Assembly: GCA_951406725.2 (NCBI GenBank)
Contig: OX597826.1
Span: forward strand, 9,300,001 to 9,364,000
Reading direction: 5' to 3'
Length of the DNA stretch: 64,000 nt
DNA from: Octopus vulgaris
Lineage: Eukaryota
Shown here: piece by piece, positions 62,854-64,000 of the stretch
Layout: each line of letters starts with the position of its first letter
Numbering within the stretch: position 1 is the first letter of the stretch
Program-made: the position numbers and the translations under genes
Notes under the pieces: model-generated
Databases searched by the model: none
Seen by the model: only the letters and a program-made list of their open reading frames with translations
Told to the model about the DNA's origin: nothing

Positions 62854-64000
62854 AATAACTACAAGGTGAAAAACACATATTGGTTTCATTACAGAAGTAA
62901 CAACAAATAAACAAAACCTTAATATTAGTAACACTAGTAAGGCGGCAATCTGGCAGAATCATTAGCATGCTTGGCAGAATGCTTAGCAACAGGTCATCCA
63001 TCATCACGTCCTGAGTTCAAATGACACTGGGTCAACTTTCATCCCTTCAGGGTTGCTAAAATGAGGACCAGTTGAACACTGGGGTCGATGTGGTCGATTT
63101 GACTTCTCCCTGAAAGTGCTGGCCTTGTGCCAAAATTTGAAATCAATATTAGTAACACTAATTAGGCATTGAGCTGGCAGAACTGTTAGCAAGTCAGGCA
63201 GAATGCTCAGCAGCATTTTGTTCTGAGTTCAAATGTCACTGAAGTCAACTTTGCCTTTCATTCTTTCGGGGTCAGTAAAATAAGTACCAGTTGAGTACTT
63301 GGGTCAATATAATCAAGTTACCCCTTCACTCAAAATTGCTGGTTTTGTGCCAAAATTTGAAACCACTATTACTAACACTAGTTTTTGAGGGACATAAGGC
63401 CTCAAATTTCATGATGGGTGTAATTGGTTAAATCAGTTATCAATTTTACCTACCCAGGAGGGATGAAGGGAAAATCTGACTTTAGTAAGGTTTGAACTCA
63501 GACCACAAAGAACTATAACAATTAACTGCAAAACATTTTGTCCTCCCCTCTACCAATTCTGCCGAGCCACTTCCCCCTAATATTAGCAACATTGAAAGTT
63601 TGAAAGTAAAACTGATTCTTTCCTTTCATTGAGAAGGTGTCTAATCATAGACAAAATAACAGATTAAGACTGATGTGGAAGCTGGGTGAAATATATCATA
63701 TGATGGTAAGATTGACTGATCTTTTTGTGTATGTAGTTGAGAGAATCTACTGATCTGCTAACTGCAGTCAAAGGAAGGCCCTGGTGGAAATTAACAGATG
63801 TAATTGCCAGGAATTTAGCTTATACAAATCTATTAGACTCTGTCTTTGATGTAGCAGGGCTAATAATGATTTCTTAGATTAATGCAACACTATCAATTTG
63901 TAAGGAGGACAGAAATAAAGTCAAAGGAATTTATTATTAGAAATTGTTTTTGCCTGTGTCTGATGAATGAATGAAAGGTAGGATTTGAGCAGAGAATCTC

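Overview
AT-rich, microsatellite-saturated eukaryotic non-coding DNA. The repeat content looks like an octopod cephalopod (Octopus-like; inferred from my recollection of these SINE families, not verified). I recognise no host protein-coding exon, rRNA, true tRNA gene or CRISPR array; almost all listed ORFs come from microsatellites or repeats. The window is a mosaic of tRNA-derived SINEs (my labels A, B, C, E), RTE-type 3' tails (D), decayed LINE fragments (RTE, CR1/L2-like, R4/Dong-like), a full-length dead mariner, an internally deleted pogo/Passer-like element and several MITEs. The strongest unexplained signal is seven loci (ten copies counting both arms of fold-backs) with minimal type-I hammerhead-ribozyme architecture: stem I-CUGANGA-stem II-GAAA-short palindromic stem III-UH-stem I'. 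Most lie in fold-back insertions next to (TA)n/(TG)n tracts, as expected for Penelope-like element termini. They include U4C and G3-C8 core variants and one copy downstream of a tRNA-like Pol III head, a candidate ribozyme-bearing, Penelope-mobilised SINE/retrozyme. All folds and alignments were done by eye; SINE and LINE boundaries are approximate.
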